A stretch of 64,000 nt of DNA, from contig CAWKBC010000021.1 in assembly GCA_963847705.1 (NCBI GenBank), forward strand, positions 292,527 through 356,526, in the 5' to 3' direction. How positions within the stretch are numbered: the first letter of the stretch is position 1; each line of letters starts with the position of its first letter. The translations under genes were made by a program, and so were the position numbers. A model generated the notes under the pieces. That model did no database searches. It saw only the letters and a list, made by a program, of their open reading frames with translations, and was not told where the DNA came from. This DNA comes from an uncultured Pseudomonadota bacterium (GTDB lineage Bacteria; Myxococcota_A; Polyangia; Fen-1088). Of the stretch, positions 28,456-37,637 are shown piece after piece.

Positions 28456-29452
28456 ATTTTTCGCGACTGCTCCCGGCATCGTCTCCGGGGCATGGGCGAG
28501 CGGCAGCCGACGCCGGCCGCACGACGGTGCAGGGTTTAGTAGGCGAGCACGATAACTTGCGTGGCGCAGTCCCGAGGCCGCGGGATACTGATGGTGCCGC
28601 CCACCAAAGTCGGATCCCATCCTGCGCGAGGTACCCACGTGCCTCACTCGTAGCGCGAAACCATGGGTGACCTGTTTCTTCGCGCGCTGGTGTTCAGCTG
28701 CTTCCCCGCTGCCTCCTGACGATCCCTCGACTGCTCGCGGATCTGCTTCCGACGCGCCACCCTTCTGCGTCCCAGAAGGCAGTTTCGGTTTGACAAACGG
28801 TGGCCGCTACAACCATGCAAGATAAAGGGTCGGAGTTCACGCTGCCCTAAGCGGGCGCGTTCACTCGGAAAAGTATAGAGGCAGACCCTTCGAGCTGGCG
28901 CTCACGTGCGCCGAACATCTTGTTCCGATTGGGGAATCGCGGGAGGCAGCTGCGAATTCGGCGGTTTTTCGAAGGCGACCCGGCGGCCCGCCCGAGCGGG
29001 CACGAGGGCAACGGCGGAGCGTCTCGCTGCGAGAACCGCATGAGCCGGTGACGGCTCCCCGAGAAGGTTTCCACCGGCCGGCGAGCGCACCCAGTCGCTC
29101 GGCGCCCCGTGAAATCGAGAGGAAGGAGGTCGGAGTGTTCGGCTTCGGTCCGACAACTCCGGCCTGGAGGTCAAAAATTTCGCGGTTGGCCGAGAACCCC
29201 CGGTGAGGAGCGGAAAAAAGATCGGGTGCGGATGACGAAAGTAGGTCCCTTTTTCGGGCCTCCTCTCGACAACTCCGGCGTGTAGCGAGGAGAGAGCCAC
29301 CAGATGAATCCCAGTTCCATTCGCAGGCCGGTTGCCGAGAAGGGTGATGCAGGGACCGAAAACGCTCACTGCGTCAGAAGAAAGCTGGTCGCTTTTGCCG
29401 CCCAGTTGCCGAGAACGTCGCCGAAATCACGACCACCAGCAGGAGCATAACG

Positions 29453-29917
29453 ATGCGCCACAGAATCCGAGAGCAGTCCTACGTCGACCCCGAGCTGCTG
29501 AAGCAGGTCCGGGCCTATGAAGCCGCGATGGGGTGCACGCACAGCGCGTTCACCACGGAGGCGTATGAGCGCCTCCTCGCCACCGAACGCGGTGCTGCCG
29601 ACGTTATCGGAGCGCGCCTCGATGCCCTGGCCCAACGGCTTGAACGGCACCAGAACACCCTCGAGCTGTTCGCGATGGCGTTCGCGCACTACACGGAGCT
29701 GTGGTGTCGTTTTCTGCCAACGCAGCCCCCGACGCCGGAGTCGCTGCAGCGGGCGGAGAAGCTGTACAGCCAGCTATTGCGCGGTGCCGCGAGGAAGTTC
29801 AGCGCCGGCCGCAGGTTTAGCGGCGAGGTCTTCCCGCCAACGGGCGATCGCGTGCCACCTCGGCCTGGTTCGGGGCCGGTGGGCGGTACTGACAGTGGGA
29901 AAGAGCCAGGCCGATGA
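29453..29917 (+). CDS. CopG/RHH-like relaxosome accessory protein
   Basis: N-terminal beta-helix-helix pattern and coiled coil RLDALAQRLER; ATGA overlap with the relaxase. Confidence 0.6.
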   Translation: MRHRIREQSYVDPELLKQVRAYEAAMGCTHSAFTTEAYERLLATERGAADVIGARLDALAQRLERHQNTLELFAMAFAHYTELWCRFLPTQPPTPESLQRAEKLYSQLLRGAARKFSAGRRFSGEVFPPTGDRVPPRPGSGPVGGTDSGKEPGR

Positions 29918-31671
29918 GCGCCTGGAATCTTGGGGATCCAGAGGAGCCATTTCGGCCCCGCATCGGTCGGCGCCGACGTAACCCGGATAGTGTGCCTTCG
30001 CCCGGGGGTGGATTTCGGCGCCTCGCGCGAAAGGCCGCCCGTCCGGCCCGCGTGGCGGTTCATACCCCGGCAGAAAGTAGTCGGCGATGCGTGATCAAGA
30101 GCAGGTATGCGACGCTTGGAAAGCAGGGCCTGGCGGGGATGAGGCGCCACCTCGCGTACCTGGAACGCGACGGCGTCGAACGAGACGGCTCGCCGGGACG
30201 TCTCTACGGAGCGGACGATGGCTTCGATCGGGATTCCTTTCGTGCCCCTCTGGCCGGTGAGCAGCGGCAATTTCGATTCATCGTTTCCCCCGAAGACGGA
30301 GATGAGCTCGACCTGAAAGAATTCGCGCGCCGGTTGATGACCCAGGTCGAGAAGGACCTCGGGCGGCGTCTCATCTGGGCCGCCGTCAATCATCACAATA
30401 CCGATAACCCCCACGTCCATATCGACGTCCGAGGCGTCGACGTCGATGGTGACGACTTCCGAATCGACTCCGCCTACATCAAGCATCAGATGCGTTGGCG
30501 GGCGCAGGAAATTGTCACCCGCGAGCTCGGCCCCAGAACGGAACTCGAATATTCCTGGGCGCGCGAGGCGGAAATTGGAGCCGAGCGCGTCACCATGGTC
30601 GACCGATTTCTGACCGAGCATGTTCAGCCTGACGGCACGGTGACCCTGAAGAAGTTGCTCGCCCGACCGGGACCGGAGGGTCGGAATTGCGTGGCACGGC
30701 TTCAGACCCTCACCGATCTCAAGCTGGCGATCGAAGAGCGACCCGGGGTGTGGCGGCTGGCCGGCGGATGGAAGGAGTCGCTTGTCCGCCTGGGCGAGCA
30801 GAACGACCGCATCGAGCGGCTGTATCCCATCGTCGGCGACAGGGCAGCCGAATATCAGTTCGTCGATCCGAAGCTGCCCCTGTCCAATTTCGGAGCCGTC
30901 GTGGTCGGCAAGGGCCTCCATGACGAGCTGTCCGGCGAGATGTTCATCGCCGTGCAGGCCACCACCGGCCAGGGCTGTTACATCCCGCTTCGGCCCGAGG
31001 TCGCGGAGACCTTGCACCGGGGCGACAAGATCAGAGTGGCCTTCAAGGCCGAAAATTGGCTGAAGCCCGCCGACAAGGCCATCGCTCAGGTCGCCAAAGA
31101 AAATGGCGGCGTATATGCCCCGCGGGAGCATCAGCGGGAGCTTGAAACCAAGCAGGACGCGAAGGTCGGCGCGGACGCCCTGTCGCCGGCCAACCTCATA
31201 GAGGGAAATATCCGTCGACTGGAACGCCTCGGGGCGTATGGGTTGGTCAGCCAACTGCCGGACGGACGATGGCGGGTCCCGTCCGACCTGATCGCCCAGT
31301 TGGAGTCGAGGGAACGGACGCATCCTCGCTCCCGCCTTCAGATCGACAAGTTCTCGCCGGCTCAGAAGGAGCCTGCCGCGCCTCCCATCACCGACCTTGA
31401 AAAGGAACGAGTGACGATCGGCGAGGGGGCCGCCCAACGGCTCGGGCTGGTCTTCGTGGCCAATCCTCAGCGTTTCAGGGGACAGCTGGTTCCAGCACCG
31501 GCGGGTTCGTCCGGAACCGAGTACGTCCAGGTTGTCGACTATCGGCACCGCCAGCTCGCGCTCGTTCCGAAACCCAAGGAGGCCGAGCGGCTGCGGGGAA
31601 AGGTCGTGACCATCACGCGTGATCCCGCTGGCCGTCTTTCGATTCAAAGCGGTCAGGAGATTTCCCGCTGA
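29914..31671 (+). CDS. MOBP relaxase (VirD2/RlxS-like, DUF3363)
   Basis: RHLAYLERDGV, FRFIVSPEDG, HHNTDNPHVHI (HUH motif) and KGLHDEL. Confidence 0.9.
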   Translation: MSAWNLGDPEEPFRPRIGRRRRNPDSVPSPGGGFRRLARKAARPARVAVHTPAESSRRCVIKSRYATLGKQGLAGMRRHLAYLERDGVERDGSPGRLYGADDGFDRDSFRAPLAGEQRQFRFIVSPEDGDELDLKEFARRLMTQVEKDLGRRLIWAAVNHHNTDNPHVHIDVRGVDVDGDDFRIDSAYIKHQMRWRAQEIVTRELGPRTELEYSWAREAEIGAERVTMVDRFLTEHVQPDGTVTLKKLLARPGPEGRNCVARLQTLTDLKLAIEERPGVWRLAGGWKESLVRLGEQNDRIERLYPIVGDRAAEYQFVDPKLPLSNFGAVVVGKGLHDELSGEMFIAVQATTGQGCYIPLRPEVAETLHRGDKIRVAFKAENWLKPADKAIAQVAKENGGVYAPREHQRELETKQDAKVGADALSPANLIEGNIRRLERLGAYGLVSQLPDGRWRVPSDLIAQLESRERTHPRSRLQIDKFSPAQKEPAAPPITDLEKERVTIGEGAAQRLGLVFVANPQRFRGQLVPAPAGSSGTEYVQVVDYRHRQLALVPKPKEAERLRGKVVTITRDPAGRLSIQSGQEISR

Positions 31672-31719
31672 GCCGTGTCGAGAGCACGGACCGGCACCCA
31701 CCAAGAAAGGAACGCATCC

Positions 31720-32142
31720 ATGGAAAACACGAAGAAGAAAGCAGGCAGACCGAAGTCCGAGCGGCCTACCGGGCCTCTGGTCCTCGAAGGGGTTCAAAAA
31801 CGAGAAACGATCCTCACCGAGGTTTCCGCGGATACAGCGCAGGAGCTGAGTGCGTACGCCGTGTGGGTCAGGGAGTCGGCTTCCGCGAAGCTGACTCCCG
31901 CCGAGGCCATGTCCAAGACGATCGACTTCGCGCTCCGCGAAATCTTCTCCCGCGACAAGTGCTGGCAGGAGCACAAGCGAACGGGCGGTCGGGCAGTAGG
32001 GACGGAAGAGACGGCAGCGCCTGCGCCCGTCGCTACTCCCACCGCGTCCTCTTCGCCGGGCTCCCGCGTCGCAACTGCACCCTCCACCCTCCCACCGCCA
32101 AGCGGGCGTGACAGTCGGGGTGTATCGCAGACCGGTAGCTAA
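31720..32142 (+). CDS. Hypothetical (possible DNA-binding) protein
   Basis: ATG after GAAAGGA; KKKAGRPKS AT-hook-like motif. Confidence 0.6.
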   Translation: MENTKKKAGRPKSERPTGPLVLEGVQKRETILTEVSADTAQELSAYAVWVRESASAKLTPAEAMSKTIDFALREIFSRDKCWQEHKRTGGRAVGTEETAAPAPVATPTASSSPGSRVATAPSTLPPPSGRDSRGVSQTGS

Positions 32143-32354
32143 GGACATTCATCACCTGGAATTCGAACGTGACTCTGGACGAGCAATTCCGAGAGTTGAT
32201 CCGGGACGCCATGCGCAAGGAGCTCCGCGCGCTTGGCGTCCCGGACGCTGCCTTATCGGTGGCTGTCGATTCGTGTTGCCTAAGTGGCGGCCGACTGGGC
32301 GAGCACGTTTAGGAGCACCAACGGCACCCCAGCTTCGCGAGGAGATGTAGCGCC

Positions 32355-32648
32355 ATGAACCGGTCCAACCAATTCGTCGACGAGGATGCCCCAACCCTGG
32401 AGTTCGAGGTGCCGGTCAGCGCGGGGCGCGCAGAACCGCAGTCCGGGGGCGATGACGCCGCTCGCAGAGACGTCGTCACCGCCGACGAGGCGGCGGCGAT
32501 CCTGGGGGTGAGCCGCTGGTCGCTCTACGCAGCTGCGAACCGCCACGAGGTACCCCATCGCCGACTCGGTCGCCGGATGCTGTTCTCCCGGCGCGCGCTC
32601 TTGCTATGGTTGGAGGGTGCAAGCCCTCGAGGTGTCGGCAAGGAGTGA
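32355..32648 (+). CDS. Excisionase-like HTH protein
   Basis: VTADEAAAILGVSRWSLY...PHRRLGRRMLF, directly upstream of the integrase. Confidence 0.85.
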   Translation: MNRSNQFVDEDAPTLEFEVPVSAGRAEPQSGGDDAARRDVVTADEAAAILGVSRWSLYAAANRHEVPHRRLGRRMLFSRRALLLWLEGASPRGVGKE

Positions 32649-32652
32649 AGCA

Positions 32653-33744
32653 ATGCCGGCACGACGAGACAGCGATCAGTGGAGGTACCGCAAGTGGGTG
32701 GGCCTCCGAGACGGGCGGCGGGTGCGAATCTCGGGCACCCCTGCGATCAACACCAGACAAGCGGCCGAGGCTGCAGAGCGCGCTCATATCGAACGTCTCT
32801 GGAACCCGCCAGCTGCCGAGAAGAAGGAGACCGAGATACCGAGATTCTGTGAGTTCGCGGGTCAGTTCCTGGCCGTGGCGGCGATGCAGAACAAGCCCAG
32901 CACTCAGCAGGACAAGGCGTCGATCCTCAAGCACCACCTGACCCCAAGCTTCGGCAAGAAGCGCCTCACCGACATCACCTATGCCTCGATTCAGGACTAT
33001 GCGGCGGGCAAGGCGATGAAGCTGTCGAAGAAGACGGTGAACAATCACCTCACCGTCCTACGGCGGCTGCTGGTCGTAGCCAAGAAGCGAGGGCTCATCC
33101 AAGCGGTGCCGGAGATCGAATGGCTGAAGGCGCCCGATCCGGAGTTCGACTTCCTCGATTTCGAGGAAGCCGAGCGCCTGCTCGGCGGCGGCGGAGGAAG
33201 GGGAGTGGAGGACGATGATCCTGGTCGCGCTACGGACTGGGATGAGGCAGGGGGAGATCCTGGCGCTGCGCTGGGAGGACGTGGACCTGGTCAAGGGGCA
33301 GCTCTCGGTCAGGCGCTCCGTCACGCGCGAGATCATCACCACGCCGAAGAGTGGGAAGTCGCGAGACATCCCGCTCGGAGACGAGGTGCTGGCGGCGCTC
33401 AAGGCGCATCGTCACCTGCGTGGGCAGTTGGTGTTCTGCACCGACTACGGGCGGATGCTGAAGAAGAACGAGGTCAAGCATCCGCTCTGGAGGGCGACCC
33501 GGAAGGCCGGTCTCCGCCGCATCGGGTGGCACACGCTGAGGCACACGTTCGCATCACATCTCGCGATGCGTGGCGTGCCGCTGAAGGCGGTCCAGGAGCT
33601 CTGGGACACGCCACGATGGAAATGACGATGCGCTACGCCCACCTCTCTCCGCACGTCCCCCGCGACGCCGTGAAGCTGCTCGATCACGGCGGCCGTTTGG
33701 GCAACGGGTGGGCAAAAACCGAAAAGTCAGTCCTAAATAGTTAA
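32653..33744 (+). CDS. Tyrosine integrase (two compensating frameshifts near 33185 and 33600)
   Basis: N-terminal SAM-like region; RTGMRQGE and HTLRHTFAS lie in the alternate frame; LGH...MTMRYAH; adjacent to the ssrA 3' end. Confidence 0.9.
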   Translation: MPARRDSDQWRYRKWVGLRDGRRVRISGTPAINTRQAAEAAERAHIERLWNPPAAEKKETEIPRFCEFAGQFLAVAAMQNKPSTQQDKASILKHHLTPSFGKKRLTDITYASIQDYAAGKAMKLSKKTVNNHLTVLRRLLVVAKKRGLIQAVPEIEWLKAPDPEFDFLDFEEAERLLGGGGGRGVEDDDPGRATDWDEAGGDPGAALGGRGPGQGAALGQALRHARDHHHAEEWEVARHPARRRGAGGAQGASSPAWAVGVLHRLRADAEEERGQASALEGDPEGRSPPHRVAHAEAHVRITSRDAWRAAEGGPGALGHATMEMTMRYAHLSPHVPRDAVKLLDHGGRLGNGWAKTEKSVLNS

Positions 33745-33751
33745 GAATTGT

Positions 33752-34108
33752 TGTGGAGGCGCCGGGAGTCGAACCCGGGTCCGGAAGTGCTCCGCTCAAG
33801 CCGCTACGTGCGTGTCCGGCGATTTGGTTTTCGTCTTCGAGGTAGCCCACCGGCGAGGCGTCTCGGAGCTTATCCTTCTGATTGTCGACGCCGTGCCCGA
33901 AGGCGTTGCACGGCAACCTAGCCCGCTAAATGGCCGATCCCCAGGGCCGCGGGCGGCTCCCTGGTTCACGGTCCCGTCCGCTGTTTAGGCGGCGAGAGCG
34001 AACGCGTTGTCGTTCGCTGTTGTTTTTTTTGCCCGTTTTTACGAGGCCTCGGGCGCCTCGGCACGCGACCTGAACTTTGCTTCCCCCCGTCGAAACCGTT
34101 TCGCCCCC
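33752..34108 (-). ncRNA. ssrA: tmRNA
   Basis: 5' GGGGGCGAAACGGTTTCGACGGG, 3' GGGTTCGACTCCCGGCGCCTCCA; tag ORF 34017-33985 encodes ANDNAFALAA-stop. Confidence 0.97.
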
Positions 34109-34160
34109 GAATATTTCGGGACTGCTTGCAGTATAGCGGAACCCCCGGTAAGAGGGGGCC

Positions 34161-35333
34161 ATGACCTCCGCCGGCGTGGGTGTGGCCGTCCATCTGGACG
34201 GATTTACGGCGGCTGGGTTGGCGGCTCATCGCGCGCTCACGGCGGCTGGGCCGGACGCCGCGGTCGAGATCGCCATGGTCTTCGCGGGGACGCGGCACGA
34301 CGACGACGAGTACAGCGGCGTGCTCTCGGCCGTTCGCCGCACCATCCCCGGCGCAGTGATCCTCGGCTGTTCGGCGACGGGCGTCCTCACCGGCGCCGAA
34401 GAGGTCGAGAACGCCACGGCGGTCGCCGTCCTCGTGCTCGGCGGGCAGCCGCTGCCGACGCCCATCTATCTTCCCGGCGTGCGCGGCGAGCCACGCGTGG
34501 CGGGGGCCCGGCTCGGGCGCGAGGTGCTGCGCGTGCTCGGCGGAAGCGGGGCTGGCGCGGCGGTCGCGGTGCTCGTCGATCCGGCGGAGCTGGACGCGGC
34601 CGACTTCGTGGCCGGGATCGCCGACGTGGCGCCCGATCTGCTCATCACCGGCGCGGGCGCCTCGGGCGGCGAGTCGGGCTGCCGCGTCTTCTGGAAGGAT
34701 GCCGCGCAGGCGGACGCCTGTGTCGCGCTGGTCTTCCCGCCCGAGCTGCACCCGAGCATGGGGATGACCCAGGGGTGCCAGGCGGTCGGCGATCCGCAGA
34801 CGATCACCGCGGCGGAGGGGAATCTGATCCTGGAGATCGACGGGCGGCCGGCGGTCGAGGCGCTGGAGAAGACGCTCTCCAACCCGAACAACCCGGGGCT
34901 GCGCCAGATGACCAAGCACCTGCTCGCCGGCATCAGCGAGCTGGGGGCCGGCGGTCGCTCGGACTACGTCGTGCGTCCGTTCGCGATCGCCGACAGCGAT
35001 CGCCCGGCGCTGGCCGTCGCCGAGCCGGTGCGCGCGGGGCAGACGATCTGCTTCACGGTGCGCGACGCGATCGGCGCGCGCGAAGACATGAAGGCGATGC
35101 TCGACGAGCAGGCAGTGGCGCGCGACACGTCGGCGCCGCGCTTCGGCTTCTACTTCAACTGCGCCGGGCGCGGCAGCGCGCTCTACGGCCAGGCCGGGCT
35201 CGATCCGGAGCTGATCCAGCGCCGCTTCGGAGCGCTGCCGGTGGCCGGCATCGAAAGCTCCTTCGAAATCGCCCCCACTTGCGGACGCCCGCGCATCCAC
35301 ATGTTCACGGGCGTCCTCCTGCTCGCCGGCTAA
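34161..35333 (+). CDS. FIST signal-transduction domain protein
   Basis: GCSATGVL, QGCQAVG, NLILEIDGRPA and FNCAGRG. Confidence 0.9.
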   Translation: MTSAGVGVAVHLDGFTAAGLAAHRALTAAGPDAAVEIAMVFAGTRHDDDEYSGVLSAVRRTIPGAVILGCSATGVLTGAEEVENATAVAVLVLGGQPLPTPIYLPGVRGEPRVAGARLGREVLRVLGGSGAGAAVAVLVDPAELDAADFVAGIADVAPDLLITGAGASGGESGCRVFWKDAAQADACVALVFPPELHPSMGMTQGCQAVGDPQTITAAEGNLILEIDGRPAVEALEKTLSNPNNPGLRQMTKHLLAGISELGAGGRSDYVVRPFAIADSDRPALAVAEPVRAGQTICFTVRDAIGAREDMKAMLDEQAVARDTSAPRFGFYFNCAGRGSALYGQAGLDPELIQRRFGALPVAGIESSFEIAPTCGRPRIHMFTGVLLLAG

Positions 35334-35352
35334 CGCCGGCTGGTCGCACCGC

Positions 35353-35568
35353 TTACTTTTCTTCCCACCAAAAGACGGTGATGGCGAGACAGTGGAAGGC
35401 CTCGTCCGACGACTGGGTCACAATCGTGTCGACGACCTGACAATGCTGGTGCTCGCGGATCCAAGCCGTCACCTTCTCACCCAGGTTTTCCCGCTCCTGC
35501 GCCATCGTCGCGGAGAAGACCTTCACACCATTAAAGCGAGTCGTCGTGTGATTTTGATGTTGTGGCAT
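35353..35568 (-). CDS. Small conserved hypothetical protein
   Basis: FNGVKVFSAT...VTQSSDEAFHCLAITVF; resembles a myxobacterial small-protein family (from memory). Confidence 0.7.
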   Translation of the reverse strand: MPQHQNHTTTRFNGVKVFSATMAQERENLGEKVTAWIREHQHCQVVDTIVTQSSDEAFHCLAITVFWWEEK

Positions 35569-35636
35569 CGGTTCGTTTCGTCCCTTCGCAGCATCGTATA
35601 GCAGCGATTCGATACGTACGGCAACAGCCGAAATTC

Positions 35637-36389
35637 TTACTTACCGTCGGAGGGCTCGGATGAGGTGGCCGCCGAGCTCGCCTGCGAGCCGGTCAGCGCG
35701 GGACGTTCGGGTGCCGGCCCCAGACCCATCTTCGACTTCAGCTCGGCCAGCGCCAGATCGGACCCGGTGCCGCCCTCCAACTTCTTGAATTTCTGCTGCA
35801 AAGTATCGCCCGCCAGCTCTCCGCCCAGCTCGGTCGACGCCTCGGATTCGGCCTCGATCTGCTCGACCTTCTGGTTCATCCGCTCGAAGGTGTCGAAGGC
35901 GTTGTTGTCGGAGATGCCGCGCATCGTGTCCTGAATCGCCTTCTGGGCCTCGGCACGCTTCTGGCGCGCGATCAGGATGTTCTTCTTGCGCTTCGCCTCC
36001 TCGATCTTGTCGTTCAGCGTGCGCAGCTGGTCCTTCAGCTTCTCGACCGCGTCCTTTTGCAGCTGCCACTGCTTGCCGAACTCGGCCTGCATGGTGTCGT
36101 GCTCGCCTTTGCGGGCCAGCGCCTCCTTGGCCAGGCCGTCGTCGCTGGCGCGCACGGCCAGCATCGCCTTGCGCTCCCACTCGGCCGACAGATCGACCTG
36201 CTCGTCCCACTGCTTCTTGAGGCGTTTCTCGTCGGCGATCGAGGTGGCGACCTGCTTCTTCGCCTCGACCAGCTGGTTTTGCATCTCGACGACGATCTGA
36301 TTCAGCATCTTCTGCGGGTCTTCCGCCTTGCTGATCAGGTCGTTCAGGTTGGACTTGATGAGGGTGCCGAGCCTGGAAAAGATTCCCAT
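35637..36389 (-). CDS. pspA: PspA/IM30 family protein
   Basis: MGIFSRL...AEDPQKML followed by a long coiled coil. Confidence 0.92.
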   Translation of the reverse strand: MGIFSRLGTLIKSNLNDLISKAEDPQKMLNQIVVEMQNQLVEAKKQVATSIADEKRLKKQWDEQVDLSAEWERKAMLAVRASDDGLAKEALARKGEHDTMQAEFGKQWQLQKDAVEKLKDQLRTLNDKIEEAKRKKNILIARQKRAEAQKAIQDTMRGISDNNAFDTFERMNQKVEQIEAESEASTELGGELAGDTLQQKFKKLEGGTGSDLALAELKSKMGLGPAPERPALTGSQASSAATSSEPSDGK

Positions 36390-36400
36390 GGGTTGATGTC

Positions 36401-36805
36401 CTAGACGCGGGCGGCGGCGCCGCCGTTCGAAGGGGTGGCGAAGTGGGCGAGGCTGGGTTGGTGTTTGGCGACGGCCATCGACATGTCATCGATCACCGCC
36501 TGCATTTCATTGAGGTCGAGGTTCTCCAGCTCCAGCGCATGGACGATGACCACCGCCTCCCCCTCCAGCCCGAAGGCCCCATGCACCATCTCGGTGGTGT
36601 TCAACGACAGAAGCGTCCGGTAGAGCTCCTCCTTGCCGGTTCGCGGCAGGTCCATCACCTTGAGGCGGAAAGCCAGCACAGGCCCGGCCAGCGAAACAGC
36701 CAGCGGGGGCCCGTCGGTCTTGACCAGCCAGAAGCCTGGATGGACGGTTTCGTGCGCCACCCCTATCCGCAGCAGATATGACTCGACGTCCTCGGCGCTT
36801 TTCAT
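36401..36805 (-). CDS. CesT/YbjN-like chaperone-fold protein
   Basis: LYRTLLSLN...HGAFGLE...LENLDLNE. Confidence 0.75.
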   Translation of the reverse strand: MKSAEDVESYLLRIGVAHETVHPGFWLVKTDGPPLAVSLAGPVLAFRLKVMDLPRTGKEELYRTLLSLNTTEMVHGAFGLEGEAVVIVHALELENLDLNEMQAVIDDMSMAVAKHQPSLAHFATPSNGGAAARV

Positions 36806-36894
36806 GCCCCGAAGGTTAGTCGATTCCCCGCGGTTAGTCGATCCGTGGGCCATCGACAATTGCCCCTGGTTGTGGTACCGGAAAACGCGGCCGG

Positions 36895-37629
36895 ATGATC
36901 GATCCCAGCAAGCTCCCTCGCCATCTGGCGATCATCATGGACGGCAATGGCCGATGGGCGCAGGAGCATGGTCTGCCGCGTGTCGAAGGGCACCGCGAGG
37001 GGGCCAAGGCGGTGCGGGCGGTCGTTCGCGCCGCCCGCGAGACCGGGTTGCGCGCTTTGACGCTGTACGCCTTCTCGGCGCAGAACTGGCAGCGGCCACT
37101 GGAAGAGATCGCCACGCTGATGCAGCTCTTGCGCGACTACGTGATCGACGAGCGCGCCGAGATCATGGACAACGACATCCGCCTGGTCGCCATCGGGGAG
37201 CTGGACCGGCTGCCGGGGTACGCGCGGGAGCCGCTCGACGCCCTGATGCGGGACTCGGCCGGCAACCGGGGCATGACGCTCTGCCTGGCCCTATCATACG
37301 GCGGGCGCGAGTCGATCGTGGCGGCGGCGCGGGCGCTGGGGGAATCGGTCGCCAGCGGGGAGATCACCGCCGAGGAGATCACCGAGGAGAAGCTGACGGC
37401 GTCGCTGCAGACCGGTGGGCTGCCGCAGCTGGATCTGCTGGTCCGGACATCGGGAGAGGAACGGCTCTCGAACTTCCTGCTCTGGGAGGCGGCCTACGCC
37501 GAGCTCTACTTCACCGAGACCTTCTGGCCGGCGTTCGGCAAGACCGAGCTCTACCAGGCGCTCGAGTCGTTCCGCGGGCGTGAGCGCCGGTTCGGGCGCA
37601 CGCGCGAGCAAATCCGCAGCGCGGGCTGA
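36895..37629 (+). CDS. uppS: Undecaprenyl diphosphate synthase
   Basis: HLAIIMDGNGRWA, YAFSAQNW and RTSGEERLSNFLLW. Confidence 0.95.
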   Translation: MIDPSKLPRHLAIIMDGNGRWAQEHGLPRVEGHREGAKAVRAVVRAARETGLRALTLYAFSAQNWQRPLEEIATLMQLLRDYVIDERAEIMDNDIRLVAIGELDRLPGYAREPLDALMRDSAGNRGMTLCLALSYGGRESIVAAARALGESVASGEITAEEITEEKLTASLQTGGLPQLDLLVRTSGEERLSNFLLWEAAYAELYFTETFWPAFGKTELYQALESFRGRERRFGRTREQIRSAG

Positions 37630-37637
37630 CGCCCCCC

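Larger units (their letters stand above)
12905..33774. mobile_element. tmRNA-integrated integrative mobilizable element / defence island (about 20.8 kb)
   Basis: Flanking 22-bp direct repeats of the ssrA 3' end; integrase, excisionase and relaxase at the ssrA-proximal end; defence-type cargo. Confidence 0.85.

Noticed and set aside
29689-32148. 819-aa minus-strand ORF
   Set aside because: Antisense shadow of the relaxase operon in high-GC DNA, with no motifs.
12928-33752. Prophage
   Set aside because: No terminase, capsid, tail or lysis genes; the backbone is relaxase-based.
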